Shown piece after piece: positions 9,067-17,671 of a stretch of DNA of 43,188 bases (its first letter is position 1; each line of letters opens with the position of its first letter). Location of the stretch: positions 1-43,188 of the forward strand of contig QHNB01000228.1 of NCBI GenBank assembly GCA_003217965.1. Reading direction: 5' to 3'. The translations under genes and the position numbers were made by a program. Under the pieces are notes generated by a model that saw nothing but the letters and a program-made list of their open reading frames with translations, was not told the DNA's origin and did no database searches. This stretch comes from Verrucomicrobiota bacterium. Its GTDB lineage: Bacteria > Verrucomicrobiota > Verrucomicrobiia > Chthoniobacterales > UBA10450.

Positions 9067-9092
9067 GTAGCTGCCGCCGTCCTCGGCGACAG
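9067..9092 (+). repeat. REP-like unit (GTAG followed by an imperfect palindrome)
   Basis: GTAG (9067-9070) is followed by CTGCCGCCG-TCCT-CGGCGACAG, a 9-bp stem with one mismatch and a 4-nt loop. It has the same architecture as the minus-strand unit GTAG-CCGCGGTCG-C-CGACCGCGG at 6379-6401. Confidence 0.5.
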
Positions 9093-9149
9093 AATCACTT
9101 GACAGCCAAAGGGGACAATAGCCTGTGCTGCACCGTCCCGACCGAACGC

Positions 9150-9899
9150 TCATCCAAGATGCCGCTCCCGTTCGCCTCCGTACCACATCGCCAGCTTATG
9201 GCGCGACATCACGGCGCGCCTCCCGCCGCACAAGAGGGCAAATCCGTGCCGGAAAATTTTTCGGCCGGAATACAATCGCAATTTGCGGCCGGAAGTAATT
9301 GCCGGGTCCGACAATATCTTAAAGCGGCCGAGCTTCTTTAATGCAAAAGTAAATAAGATTTCCTCGCCCGCGAAATAGGTCTCGTCGAAGCCACCGACCG
9401 CCAAGAAGTTTGGGCGCGTGGTGAACAGAAACGCCCCGGCTCCAAGTTGAAGCGAAAAATACATGGTGGTGAACGCGCTAAACAAGATTCTCCCCCAGCG
9501 CGGGATTTCGTCATCGACTCGGAGCCGGCTCCCGCCCCCGACACAGCCCGAATCGAGAGCGCCGATCACGCCAGCTACATGGTCCGCCGTGATGCGCGTG
9601 TCGGCATCGACAAAAACGAAAACATTGCCGGTTGCGACCCGGGCGCCGGCATTTCGGGCCGCGGCAATTTGCCGGCGATTGATTGAGACGACTCGGGCCG
9701 CGAATTGCCCTCCGATGCTGGCGGTAGCATCGGTCGATCCATCGTCGACAAGGACGATTTCGTAATCGCACCCAACGGCGCCGGCTGCCGAGTGAATACT
9801 TTGCAAGGTTCCGGGCAATTCGGTTTCTTCATTGTAGGCCGGGACAATGAATGAAATCGTTCGTGCCAAAAGCACATCTTGCGGATTTCTTTTCGCCAC
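9150..9899 (-). CDS. Family 2 glycosyltransferase
   Basis: 249 aa with a GTG start. GT-A motifs are FIVPAYNEE, VLVDDGSTD and FVDADT. Confidence 0.85.
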   Translation of the reverse strand: MAKRNPQDVLLARTISFIVPAYNEETELPGTLQSIHSAAGAVGCDYEIVLVDDGSTDATASIGGQFAARVVSINRRQIAAARNAGARVATGNVFVFVDADTRITADHVAGVIGALDSGCVGGGSRLRVDDEIPRWGRILFSAFTTMYFSLQLGAGAFLFTTRPNFLAVGGFDETYFAGEEILFTFALKKLGRFKILSDPAITSGRKLRLYSGRKIFRHGFALLCGGRRAVMSRHKLAMWYGGERERHLG

Positions 9900-10016
9900 G
9901 GGCGCTGATTCGAGCTTAGATCAAGCCAAATAGCGGAATGCGGATTCTAGAGTCCATGGCGAATTTGGCGCTCTACGGTCATGCGCGCCCGCTAAGGAAC
10001 GCGCGGCCGGTGAACA

Positions 10017-10499
10017 TTACTCTTCTCCGTCATAGTAGTCCGCCGGTTCAGCTTTAATGATGATGTCGCCGTCTCCGGTTGAAACTGCCCATTTCCCACT
10101 ATCCGGATAATAACAAGTATCATCGGCTGGATTGTCCGCGATCACATAATAAACGAAGTCTTCCGTTCCTTCGTTCCATAGTTGATGGGCCTCGTGTGGA
10201 TGAAAAATGAAAGTGTCGCCAGCAACTACTTCACTAGTTCCCGACGCGTCCCGGACCATCCCGCGTCCTGAGAGAACGAGATAGAACTCGGTTTGCGCAA
10301 CATGGGCATGATATGGGCAATACATCGAGCCAGGCGGAATACGCACCCAAGCGAGGTCAAACGGATGGCGCTTGCGCACATCTAAGGACTCAGGCTCTCG
10401 GCCGAGCGCAATTGATATATCCTTAACGAACTTGCGATACTTCCCCTTTGGCGAATGACGCTCACCTTCCTTCACTTCGGAGAGATTAGTCTTTCTCAT
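10017..10499 (-). CDS. Cupin-domain protein
   Basis: 160 aa. Cupin motifs are PYHAHVAQTEFYLVLSGRG and GDTFIFHPHEAHQLWN. Its ATG overlaps the ybdK TGA (ATGA). Confidence 0.75.
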   Translation of the reverse strand: MRKTNLSEVKEGERHSPKGKYRKFVKDISIALGREPESLDVRKRHPFDLAWVRIPPGSMYCPYHAHVAQTEFYLVLSGRGMVRDASGTSEVVAGDTFIFHPHEAHQLWNEGTEDFVYYVIADNPADDTCYYPDSGKWAVSTGDGDIIIKAEPADYYDGEE

Positions 10500-11650
10500 A
10501 CTGGTTGTTCAGGGCTTGTTGCTGGGACCACAGTTAAACCCTCATAGGTCTCGTTAACGATATGATCGACGACCGCTTTCATATCATGCGTCCGCTCCCA
10601 AACCGCCAGCTGCCGGTCCGCGCCGGTGCCTTCGCGTAGAACCTTCTCGATATGGTTCATTTCCCGCCTACTCCCCAATTCTTCTACTTCGGTTTCGACG
10701 AACTCGATGATTTCGTGAATTAGACTCCGGGTTTCCGCTTCACGTTCCTTGCCGAAATCAATCAGCTTTCCATCGATGCCATAGCGGGAGGCCCGCCAAC
10801 GATTCTCATCGAGCAAACGCCGCCGATAAATGCGGAAGGTGACGTTTTGCCGCAGCAATTTGTGGAGCTTCACAATCACGGCCTGAATGAGGGCGGCAAT
10901 GCCCAAAGTGTCATCGACGCGCGATTGGGCATCACACACTCTTACTTCCAGAGTGTCAAAGAAAGGGTGAAGTCGGATGTCCCACCAAATTTTCTTGGCA
11001 TTATCAATACAACCGGTCTTAACGAGAAGTTTGCAGTAATCGTCATACTCAGAAAGGGATTCAAAGGAATCCGGAATACCGGTCCGAGGGAAACGCTCAA
11101 AAACTTTGAGCCGATATCCCTTGAGCCCAGTATCGTGACCAACCCAGAACGGCGAATTCACCGACAGGGCATAAATGTGGGGCAGGAAGTAACGAGCCTG
11201 ATTCATGACGTGGATGGCCGTGTCCCGATCTGGTACCCCAACGTGGACATGCAATCCAAAAATCAGGTTGGCACGGGCGAGCAATTGCATGTCGCGGACA
11301 ATTTCCTTGTAACGTTCGCCTTCAGTAATGAGCTGGTCACGCCAATGGGAAAATGGATGCGTGCCGACGGACGCGATCTTGAGCCCGTCCCGCGCAGCCA
11401 GGCCGGCCAGATCGCTGCGCAGACTCGCAACATGTTGGCGGGCATCGGTAATGTCGCGGCAAATTTCCGTGCCGAGCTCGACCACGGATTGATGCATCTC
11501 AGGCTTGACCCGCTCCTTCAGCATTATCTTGCCATCCTCGAGAATCTCTTGAATGTGCGAGCGCAACTGGCGCGTCTCGGGATCGATAATGGCAAACTCT
11601 TCCTCGATCCCAAGAGTGAAGACGTGATCTTTTGGGCTCATCAAATTCAA
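10496..11650 (-). CDS. ybdK: Carboxylate-amine ligase, YbdK / GCS2 family
   Basis: 384 aa. It shows FTLGIEEEFAIIDPETRQL, VGTHPF and GLHVHVGVPD, typical of glutamate-cysteine-ligase family 2. Confidence 0.85.
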   Translation of the reverse strand: MNLMSPKDHVFTLGIEEEFAIIDPETRQLRSHIQEILEDGKIMLKERVKPEMHQSVVELGTEICRDITDARQHVASLRSDLAGLAARDGLKIASVGTHPFSHWRDQLITEGERYKEIVRDMQLLARANLIFGLHVHVGVPDRDTAIHVMNQARYFLPHIYALSVNSPFWVGHDTGLKGYRLKVFERFPRTGIPDSFESLSEYDDYCKLLVKTGCIDNAKKIWWDIRLHPFFDTLEVRVCDAQSRVDDTLGIAALIQAVIVKLHKLLRQNVTFRIYRRRLLDENRWRASRYGIDGKLIDFGKEREAETRSLIHEIIEFVETEVEELGSRREMNHIEKVLREGTGADRQLAVWERTHDMKAVVDHIVNETYEGLTVVPATSPEQPV

Positions 11651-11701
11651 TCCGTCACTGCATCTTCGGCAGAAATCCGCCGATTGTCACGCAGCGCACG
11701 A

Positions 11702-13153
11702 TCACTCGAAAATATGGAGCAGGACCTTGTGGAAACCGGTAATACCGGAAGTAAATTCGCGATCCTCCTCGAACTCCTGGACTTCACCTTCGCCGTCGGT
11801 CGCGCGTACCACCAGCGTGTAATCCCCGCTCTCATCTGGCTGCCAATCATGACTCCACAGTGACCAGGTCAACTTCGTTCCGGGGTAATGGATCGTGGCG
11901 TCGTCCCACGATTCGCCGTCATCGAAACTCATTTCTACGCGTGATATGCCGCGGTCACCGCCAAACGCTACGCCCTTTATCGGAACTCCCCGCTTCGCGT
12001 CAGCCAATTTGATCCACGATTCGTTATCTGGAACATCGATCCGGGAGCGCGTCGGCACGATGAAATCAGGACCCCATCCCTGCGTCTCGTAAAAACCCTT
12101 CGCATCCGCGCCCGCTACCTCAATGCGAGTAAGCCATTTCACATGTTTCTCGCCGAAATAACCCGGCACGATCACCCGTGCCGGAAAGCCGTGGCGATGC
12201 GGTAACGTCTGACCGTTCATTTTGAAAGCGATGAGCGTGGTCGGGTCCATCGCTTTTTCGAGCGGGAATGTGTCTGCGTAATTGTCAACGCCGTGCAGCT
12301 TTACCTTCGCTGCGCCGTTAAGGGGACCCGCCGATTGCAGCAAATCAGCCATTGGAATACCGCGCCAGACCGCATTGCTCATCAAACCAGCATCGAGGCC
12401 ATTGCTGATGCACATCAGAGTTGTTTCCTGGTCGACCATCGACATCGCCTTCAAGTCTTGCAGCCGATAGGTGCGAGGACTTTGCACAAGTCCGCTCACT
12501 TCGAGGTGCCACAGACCTTCATTTACTCGTGGGTCGACGACGTTTTTGGTGACGCAATAAAATTGCTCATTGGGCGTAATCGGCTGCACTCCCGGGCCCT
12601 TGTACTGAGTACCGTCATAGCTGAATGTCGCGATACGAAAGAGTTTCCGAGCAATAGCTGTCACCCCACCGGCAAGAAGCAGGCCGAATATTCCCATCAA
12701 AAATGCGCGGCGCCCAACCTGAGGGGAAAATTCAGTCGAAGGGCGACCCCGGGGCGCGGCCGTTACGAAATCAAAACCGAGCACGAGGGTGCGTTCGAAA
12801 ACCAGGAATGATAAGCCAAGGCCGAGGAGCGTGACCGCGCGCGCAGCATCGATGGGCATGCCGGCATAATGCGTTCCGAGCACCGGCCACAACAGAATCG
12901 CGCTCACTAATAGCGGCAGCACTGCAAAAACCAAAAGAGTGGACCAGACGGGGCTACGATCTCGGTTCCGTATAAGGACACCATAAATGAGCCCACCGAT
13001 CGCCCCGACAAAGCGATCGCCCAGGATGACAAGTGGCGTCGCAATTCGCAGCTTCCAAGCCAGCAATAACATCACCAAGGTCATGGCGATTCCCGCGACC
13101 AATCCCGCGAGTAATCCGCAAAATGCCGCTTTGCTTCGACTCAGCTCGTGCAT
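11702..13153 (-). CDS. Membrane-anchored molybdopterin-dependent oxidoreductase (sulfite-oxidase fold)
   Basis: 483 aa. About 5 N-terminal TM helices are followed by an RRAFL-containing segment. The Oxidored_molyb-type motif is HGFPARVIVPGYFGEKHVKWLTRIEV. The Mo-co dimerisation-like C-terminus is IKGVAFGGDRGISRVEMSFDDGESW. Confidence 0.8.
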   Translation of the reverse strand: MHELSRSKAAFCGLLAGLVAGIAMTLVMLLLAWKLRIATPLVILGDRFVGAIGGLIYGVLIRNRDRSPVWSTLLVFAVLPLLVSAILLWPVLGTHYAGMPIDAARAVTLLGLGLSFLVFERTLVLGFDFVTAAPRGRPSTEFSPQVGRRAFLMGIFGLLLAGGVTAIARKLFRIATFSYDGTQYKGPGVQPITPNEQFYCVTKNVVDPRVNEGLWHLEVSGLVQSPRTYRLQDLKAMSMVDQETTLMCISNGLDAGLMSNAVWRGIPMADLLQSAGPLNGAAKVKLHGVDNYADTFPLEKAMDPTTLIAFKMNGQTLPHRHGFPARVIVPGYFGEKHVKWLTRIEVAGADAKGFYETQGWGPDFIVPTRSRIDVPDNESWIKLADAKRGVPIKGVAFGGDRGISRVEMSFDDGESWDDATIHYPGTKLTWSLWSHDWQPDESGDYTLVVRATDGEGEVQEFEEDREFTSGITGFHKVLLHIFE

Positions 13154-13207
13154 GGTTGGGATCGGCGATCTCTGAGAGCGACTCCGGAGTTGGATGTAGC
13201 GCGCCAG

Positions 13208-13897
13208 TCAGCTTTTAGCCAGCGCGATCCGAAAAAAAGTGGCAACGATTCGCCACCCGGCCAGAAATGTGCCCCGCAATGTGCCCGAGACCTTCGACGT
13301 CCCACCGGCGCGTCGGCGGTGGTCCACTGGAACTTCCAGAATGCGAAGACCTGCCCGGGCCGCTTTCATCTGCATCTCGAGATTCCAACCATAGGTTTTC
13401 TCCCGCATGTCGAGTTTCGCCAGCGCATCCCGCCGGATCGCGCGAAATGCACACATGTCTGTGTAGCGGACGCCGTAGAGCAGACGGATCAAAAATCCGG
13501 CAAGATACCCGGCAAAAACCTGCTGGAAATTCATGCTGCCAGCCTCACGATGACCCCGGATGCGCGAGCCAATCACGAAATCATGCGTGCCGTGATAGAT
13601 CGGGTCGAGTAATGCCGGCATCAGCGCCGGCACGTCGCTGCCGTCGCCATCGAGAAAAACAATGATATCGCAATCCTTTGACACGGCCGCGACGCCGGCC
13701 GCACATGCCCAGCCATAGCCGCGGGTTGCCCTAACGACGCGAGCGCCCGCAGTTTCCGCTTGCTCGGCAGTGCGATCGGTACTTTCGTTGTCGACCACGA
13801 TCACCTCACGAGGAATCGCGGTCGCGGTCACTTCGCGCACCACTGCCGCGATTGGCTCCTCTTCGTTCAGTGCCGGTACGACGACCGATACGTTCAT
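13208..13897 (-). CDS. Family 2 glycosyltransferase (Dpm1-like; possibly the GT2 partner of DUF2064 cassettes)
   Basis: 229 aa. It shows VVVPALNEE, VVDNESTDRT and FLDGDGSD. Confidence 0.8.
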   Translation of the reverse strand: MNVSVVVPALNEEEPIAAVVREVTATAIPREVIVVDNESTDRTAEQAETAGARVVRATRGYGWACAAGVAAVSKDCDIIVFLDGDGSDVPALMPALLDPIYHGTHDFVIGSRIRGHREAGSMNFQQVFAGYLAGFLIRLLYGVRYTDMCAFRAIRRDALAKLDMREKTYGWNLEMQMKAARAGLRILEVPVDHRRRAGGTSKVSGTLRGTFLAGWRIVATFFRIALAKS

Positions 13898-14021
13898 TTT
13901 AGCTCCAGTCCGGGAAGTTCAGCGAATACCAACGAAAGAAGGCGGGCCGCGCGATAGTCAAACAAACGGTAACGAGGCGGCCTGGGAAAACAAAACTGTT
14001 AAGGCCGGACAGGGACGCAAT

Positions 14022-15158
14022 TTAGGCAGACGTGGCGACACGATGGACGATCCCTTTCCGGCGCAAAATCTCAGCGGCTTCGCTGAAATAGTCCAGTACA
14101 TCAGACTGCGAGCGGATCCAATCGAGGTAGCGCCCGATGCCCTCTTCAAGCTCGACCTTCGGTTCGTAGCCGACCGCGCGAATACGATCGGTCCCGCTGG
14201 TGAGATGTCGCATTTCACCGGGCCGAAATTCGCCGTTAATCTCCGGCTCTATTTGGATCCCCAGCGCCTTCCCAATGCGTTGCGCAATCTCGCGAACACT
14301 GACGCCTTTGCCGCTCCCGACGTTTACCGGCAATCCGTCGAGCTTATCAGTGGTAGCAGCCAGCAAATTGGCCCGCGCAATATCTTCTACAAAGGAGAAA
14401 TCACGTGTCTGCTCGCCGTCCTCGTACAAGACCGGTGGCAGGTCGTTTAGGAGACGGGTGCAAAAGATTGCGATTACGCCGGTATAAGGATTGAAAATTG
14501 ATTGGCGCGGTCCGTAGGTGCAGGAATAACGGAGCGCGACCGTTGGAATGCCCATCTGTTTTCCCCAGAGAAGCACGAGTTTCTCCTGATCGACCTTGGT
14601 CAATCCGTAAACGGTCTCACCCCCGACCGGCGCGTTCTCGGGCGTTGGAACGCTTGCGGTCGGCTCGTTGCAATTTGGACAATGCACTGACCAGTCACCG
14701 CGCTTTAGTTGCTCCACCGGGCGAACGTTCGGAAAAACAAGACCGTGCTTCGGACAATCGCCTGCGCCTTCGCTGTAAACGGCCTGGGAACTGGCGACGA
14801 CGATCTTTTTGATCGGCAGATTTTTTTCCCGAATGACTTCGAGCATTTGCGCGGTTCCGAGCGAATTCACGTGCACATATTTCGCGATTTCAGGCATGTA
14901 GCCGCCGTAAGCTGCTTGGTGGAAAACGACATCGATATCCATCAGAACCTGAGTGACCGTCTTGCGATCGCGCAGGTCCCCCTGAATGAAGTCGGCGTTT
15001 TCATTGATCCATGCCGGTTTGCCGCGCTTGTGCGTGTTCGGCTCGATGTTATCGAGAACGCGCACGCGCCATCCTTCCTCGATGAGCAGGTCGGCCACAT
15101 GGGATCCGATCAGTCCTGCGCCGCCAGTGACCAGCGCGCGTTTTCTGTTGTTGCTCAT
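14022..15158 (-). CDS. NAD-dependent epimerase/dehydratase (extended SDR) with a Cys/His zinc-ribbon insertion
   Basis: It shows VTGGAGLIGSH, catalytic SSQAVYS and YGLTK. Between them lies an insert, CPKH-x21-CPNC. I prefer ATG 15158, which overlaps the upstream gene's stop as ATGA. The ORF-track TTG start at 15167 is the alternative. Confidence 0.85.
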   Translation of the reverse strand: MSNNRKRALVTGGAGLIGSHVADLLIEEGWRVRVLDNIEPNTHKRGKPAWINENADFIQGDLRDRKTVTQVLMDIDVVFHQAAYGGYMPEIAKYVHVNSLGTAQMLEVIREKNLPIKKIVVASSQAVYSEGAGDCPKHGLVFPNVRPVEQLKRGDWSVHCPNCNEPTASVPTPENAPVGGETVYGLTKVDQEKLVLLWGKQMGIPTVALRYSCTYGPRQSIFNPYTGVIAIFCTRLLNDLPPVLYEDGEQTRDFSFVEDIARANLLAATTDKLDGLPVNVGSGKGVSVREIAQRIGKALGIQIEPEINGEFRPGEMRHLTSGTDRIRAVGYEPKVELEEGIGRYLDWIRSQSDVLDYFSEAAEILRRKGIVHRVATSA

Positions 15159-15997
15159 TGGGACCAAATTCTGTCGCGACCCTCACGGTCGACGATTTGA
15201 CGGAGAAACTTTGTGGTTGCTGGCGCGCTCCTATCGTCCTTGCCAAGCAATTCGTCACATAAACGCCGGAGAGCGGCGCGATCGTCGATGTCAAAGAAAC
15301 TCGGCAAAATGTGGACTTCGAGACCGATTTCTCGAGCACGTGCAACGGTTTGGTCGAAAACCCGCTCAGTGCTCCAATCGATGTCCGCAAATAGGTGCAC
15401 GTGCGGGTGTTTCATTCCAATCAGGTAGTAGCCGCCGTCGTCGGTCGGGCCGAGCACAACACGCTCGGCTTGGCCTTGCAAGACATCGACTGCCTCGCGG
15501 AACGCCCCCGCCGTCACCATCGGGCTGTCCGAATCAATCAGACAACACGATTGAAAACCGACGCGCAGCAAGTCTTCCGCCGCAAGAAGGAGCCGCTCGC
15601 CGAAGCCGTCCCCGCGTTGTGGCAGCAATTTAAAATCAGGCGGCAAAAATTCATCATATTCGTGGCCCGCCTCGGCCGGAGTATAAACAGCGACACCTCG
15701 CGCGTTTTCTCCTGCGCGGGAGATGGCACTGGCTGTGTCTCGCAAAAAGCAAACATTCAATGCAGCCGCTTCCTCGGCCGTGAGTGGCGGCTGCAATCGC
15801 GTCTTAACTTTGCCGGCCCGGGGGGCCTTGGTCAGGATCGCGAGGGCGCAGAATCCTGCGATCTGGTCATTCGGCGAAGAAGTAAGAACGCGATCTTTGT
15901 GCACCCCGTCCAGACCGGGGCGATCCGATTGCGTCACTGCTTTTCGCACAGCGCGTAGTGATAGCGTCCCTCCCGCCAAACGCGCACACTCTTCCAT
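15155..15997 (-). CDS. DUF2064 / TIGR04282-like nucleotidyl- or glycosyl-transferase
   Basis: ILTKAPRAGKVKTRL is the signature DUF2064 N-terminal motif. The start is uncertain. ATG 15997 overlaps the upstream ORF by 64 nt. In-frame GTG at 15904 (VHKDRVL...) would leave a 30-nt gap. Confidence 0.75.
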   Translation of the reverse strand: MEECARLAGGTLSLRAVRKAVTQSDRPGLDGVHKDRVLTSSPNDQIAGFCALAILTKAPRAGKVKTRLQPPLTAEEAAALNVCFLRDTASAISRAGENARGVAVYTPAEAGHEYDEFLPPDFKLLPQRGDGFGERLLLAAEDLLRVGFQSCCLIDSDSPMVTAGAFREAVDVLQGQAERVVLGPTDDGGYYLIGMKHPHVHLFADIDWSTERVFDQTVARAREIGLEVHILPSFFDIDDRAALRRLCDELLGKDDRSAPATTKFLRQIVDREGRDRIWSQ

Positions 15998-16470
15998 GGC
16001 TGCATGTAAAAGAGCTGTTCAAACCTCTCGAGTGAAAAAACTGTCGCCATGCTTGGCTCACGGCATCCGTTTGCTTGTCCACGTACACTTGCAACCAGCC
16101 ACAGCATAAACAACGGAATGGATGCCCAAAATTTGTACCGCGGTTCTGCGATAAAACAGCGGCCGCCGCTTCTCAATACCCGAAACATCTCGGCCAAAGC
16201 GCGCGCCGGGCCCGGCAAGACCGTGAACAGACGGGAGGCGATTAAATAATCGAAGCTCTGCGCTGGGCGAGTAACATCAAAAACATCGCCTCGCTCGAAG
16301 CGGCAATTATTAACGCCGAGCGCCACTGCCTTTTGTTCGGCATATTCCAACTGGCGACAGGATTGATCCACGCCCAAGACATCGAGCTCCGGAAAGGACT
16401 TGGCCAGTGCGCGCGAGTAAAAGCCAGGGCCGCATCCAAGTTCGACCAGGCGCGCTCTGGATGGTGGCAC
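15934..16470 (-). CDS. Class I SAM-dependent methyltransferase (N-terminus possibly displaced by a frameshift)
   Basis: Motif I (VELGCGPG) starts only about 9 residues after the GTG start, and a VLGVDQS acidic loop follows. A TGA lies immediately upstream in frame. An ATG-initiated ORF in another frame (16559 downward) runs into the junction. Confidence 0.7.
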   Translation of the reverse strand: MPPSRARLVELGCGPGFYSRALAKSFPELDVLGVDQSCRQLEYAEQKAVALGVNNCRFERGDVFDVTRPAQSFDYLIASRLFTVLPGPARALAEMFRVLRSGGRCFIAEPRYKFWASIPLFMLWLVASVRGQANGCREPSMATVFSLERFEQLFYMQPWKSVRVWREGRYHYALCEKQ

Positions 16471-16828
16471 TGCTCAAAGAGGCTGTCTGCTTTTGGAATC
16501 TCAGCTGGTCCGACTAAGTTTGCCGAGGCTGGAGCGAGGGGTTTGGCGAGCTGACTCATGCGGCGAAGGCGTGTTCGGACTCTAGCAGGGTTGTTGTTAT
16601 CACGCTTTCTGAGATTTTTTTGCTTCGTTCACATTGTTTCTTCATCATCAAGCAGCCAATAACTCGGCTGTGACGACATCCTCCCCAGGGCCGAGCACGT
16701 GCAATTACCGGTGAACAAACTTAGCGCCGCCGCCCAGGATTGCCCACCGGGAGCAGACAAGACGCTGCTTGTTACAAGTTATTCGAAGTTGTTGGCTTCT
16801 TTTTGCGTAATCCGTTAACAGCACCGGT

Positions 16829-17671
16829 GTGAAAGCTTCGTTCCAGGGACGCACGTTGGCCGTCGCGCTTTTATGGATCGTTGTCATCCAGTTCAGCGCG
16901 CTAGCTAGACAACGAGAGGAAGTCTCGTTGGCCGAGATTCAGAAAATCCTTAGCGGAAAAAATTTTATCGATTTGACTCACGTCTTCGCGCCAGGCATTC
17001 CGCGGTGGTCCGGTTTTCCAGACGAACAACGCCAGACCATTTATTGGTACGAAAAAAAACCCGGATTAATGGGAGAAGGGTTCTTCGCGGAACTTTTCAC
17101 CCACGTTGGCCAATGGGGCACTCATATTGATCCGCCGGCCCACTTCATCAAAGGGCTGCGGACGGTGGACCAGATCGAATTGAAGGAAATGATCTTACCG
17201 CTGGTGTCCATCGACGTGCATGAAGACTGCGCGAAAAATCCGGATTACACGCTTTCGCTGGAACGCGTGAAAAAATGGGAAGCCGAGCACGGGCAAGTTC
17301 CTGCCGGCGCATTTGTCGCGATGCGGACAGATTGGTCAAAGCGCTGGCCGGACGCGGCGAAGATGGCAAACAAAGATGCCCAAGGTGTGGCCCATTATCC
17401 TGGCTGGAGTCTGCCCGCCCTCAAGTATCTGTACGAGGAGCGCAAAATCACTGCCTCCGGTCACGAGACCACTGACACCGATCCGGGGATTGCGACCACC
17501 AAGGAGGATTACTCGCTCGAGACCTACGTTCTAAGTACCAATCACTATCAAATCGAGCTGCTCACGAACCTCGATCAGGTCCCGGAATCCGGGGCGCTCA
17601 TCGTCTGCACATTTCCGAAACCGAAGGGGGGGTCCGGATTTCCCGCGCGAGTCTTTGCTATTTTGCCGTAG
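16829..17671 (+). CDS. Secreted cyclase-family protein (kynurenine-formamidase-like fold)
   Basis: 280 aa with a signal-peptide-like N-terminus. It shows LTHVFAPGIPRW and HVGQWGTHIDPPAHF, the putative-cyclase His motif. Confidence 0.75.
   Translation: MKASFQGRTLAVALLWIVVIQFSALARQREEVSLAEIQKILSGKNFIDLTHVFAPGIPRWSGFPDEQRQTIYWYEKKPGLMGEGFFAELFTHVGQWGTHIDPPAHFIKGLRTVDQIELKEMILPLVSIDVHEDCAKNPDYTLSLERVKKWEAEHGQVPAGAFVAMRTDWSKRWPDAAKMANKDAQGVAHYPGWSLPALKYLYEERKITASGHETTDTDPGIATTKEDYSLETYVLSTNHYQIELLTNLDQVPESGALIVCTFPKPKGGSGFPARVFAILP

Noticed and set aside
10847-11863. 338-aa ORF on the plus strand, antisense to ybdK. Similar long antisense ORFs occur opposite pnp (6427-7221), dnaK (40213-40761), groEL (42054-42770), the Mo enzyme (12293-12811), DUF2064 (15395-15958) and the DUF4912 gene (25294-25857).
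   Set aside because: All lie opposite strongly recognisable conserved genes, and their translations are low-complexity, Arg/Ser/Pro-rich or otherwise non-protein-like. Stops in the register-matched antisense frame correspond to the rare sense codons TTA, CTA and TCA. Long shadow ORFs are therefore expected at this GC content.
16793-16806. Sigma-54-like TGGCTT...TTGC upstream of the cyclase gene, and a similar TGGTAAACAGTTTTGC at 25339-25354 upstream of the DUF4912 gene.
   Set aside because: The GG-to-GC spacing is 9 nt and 11 nt respectively, instead of the required 10. Sigma-54 promoters do not tolerate spacing changes, so these are most likely chance matches.
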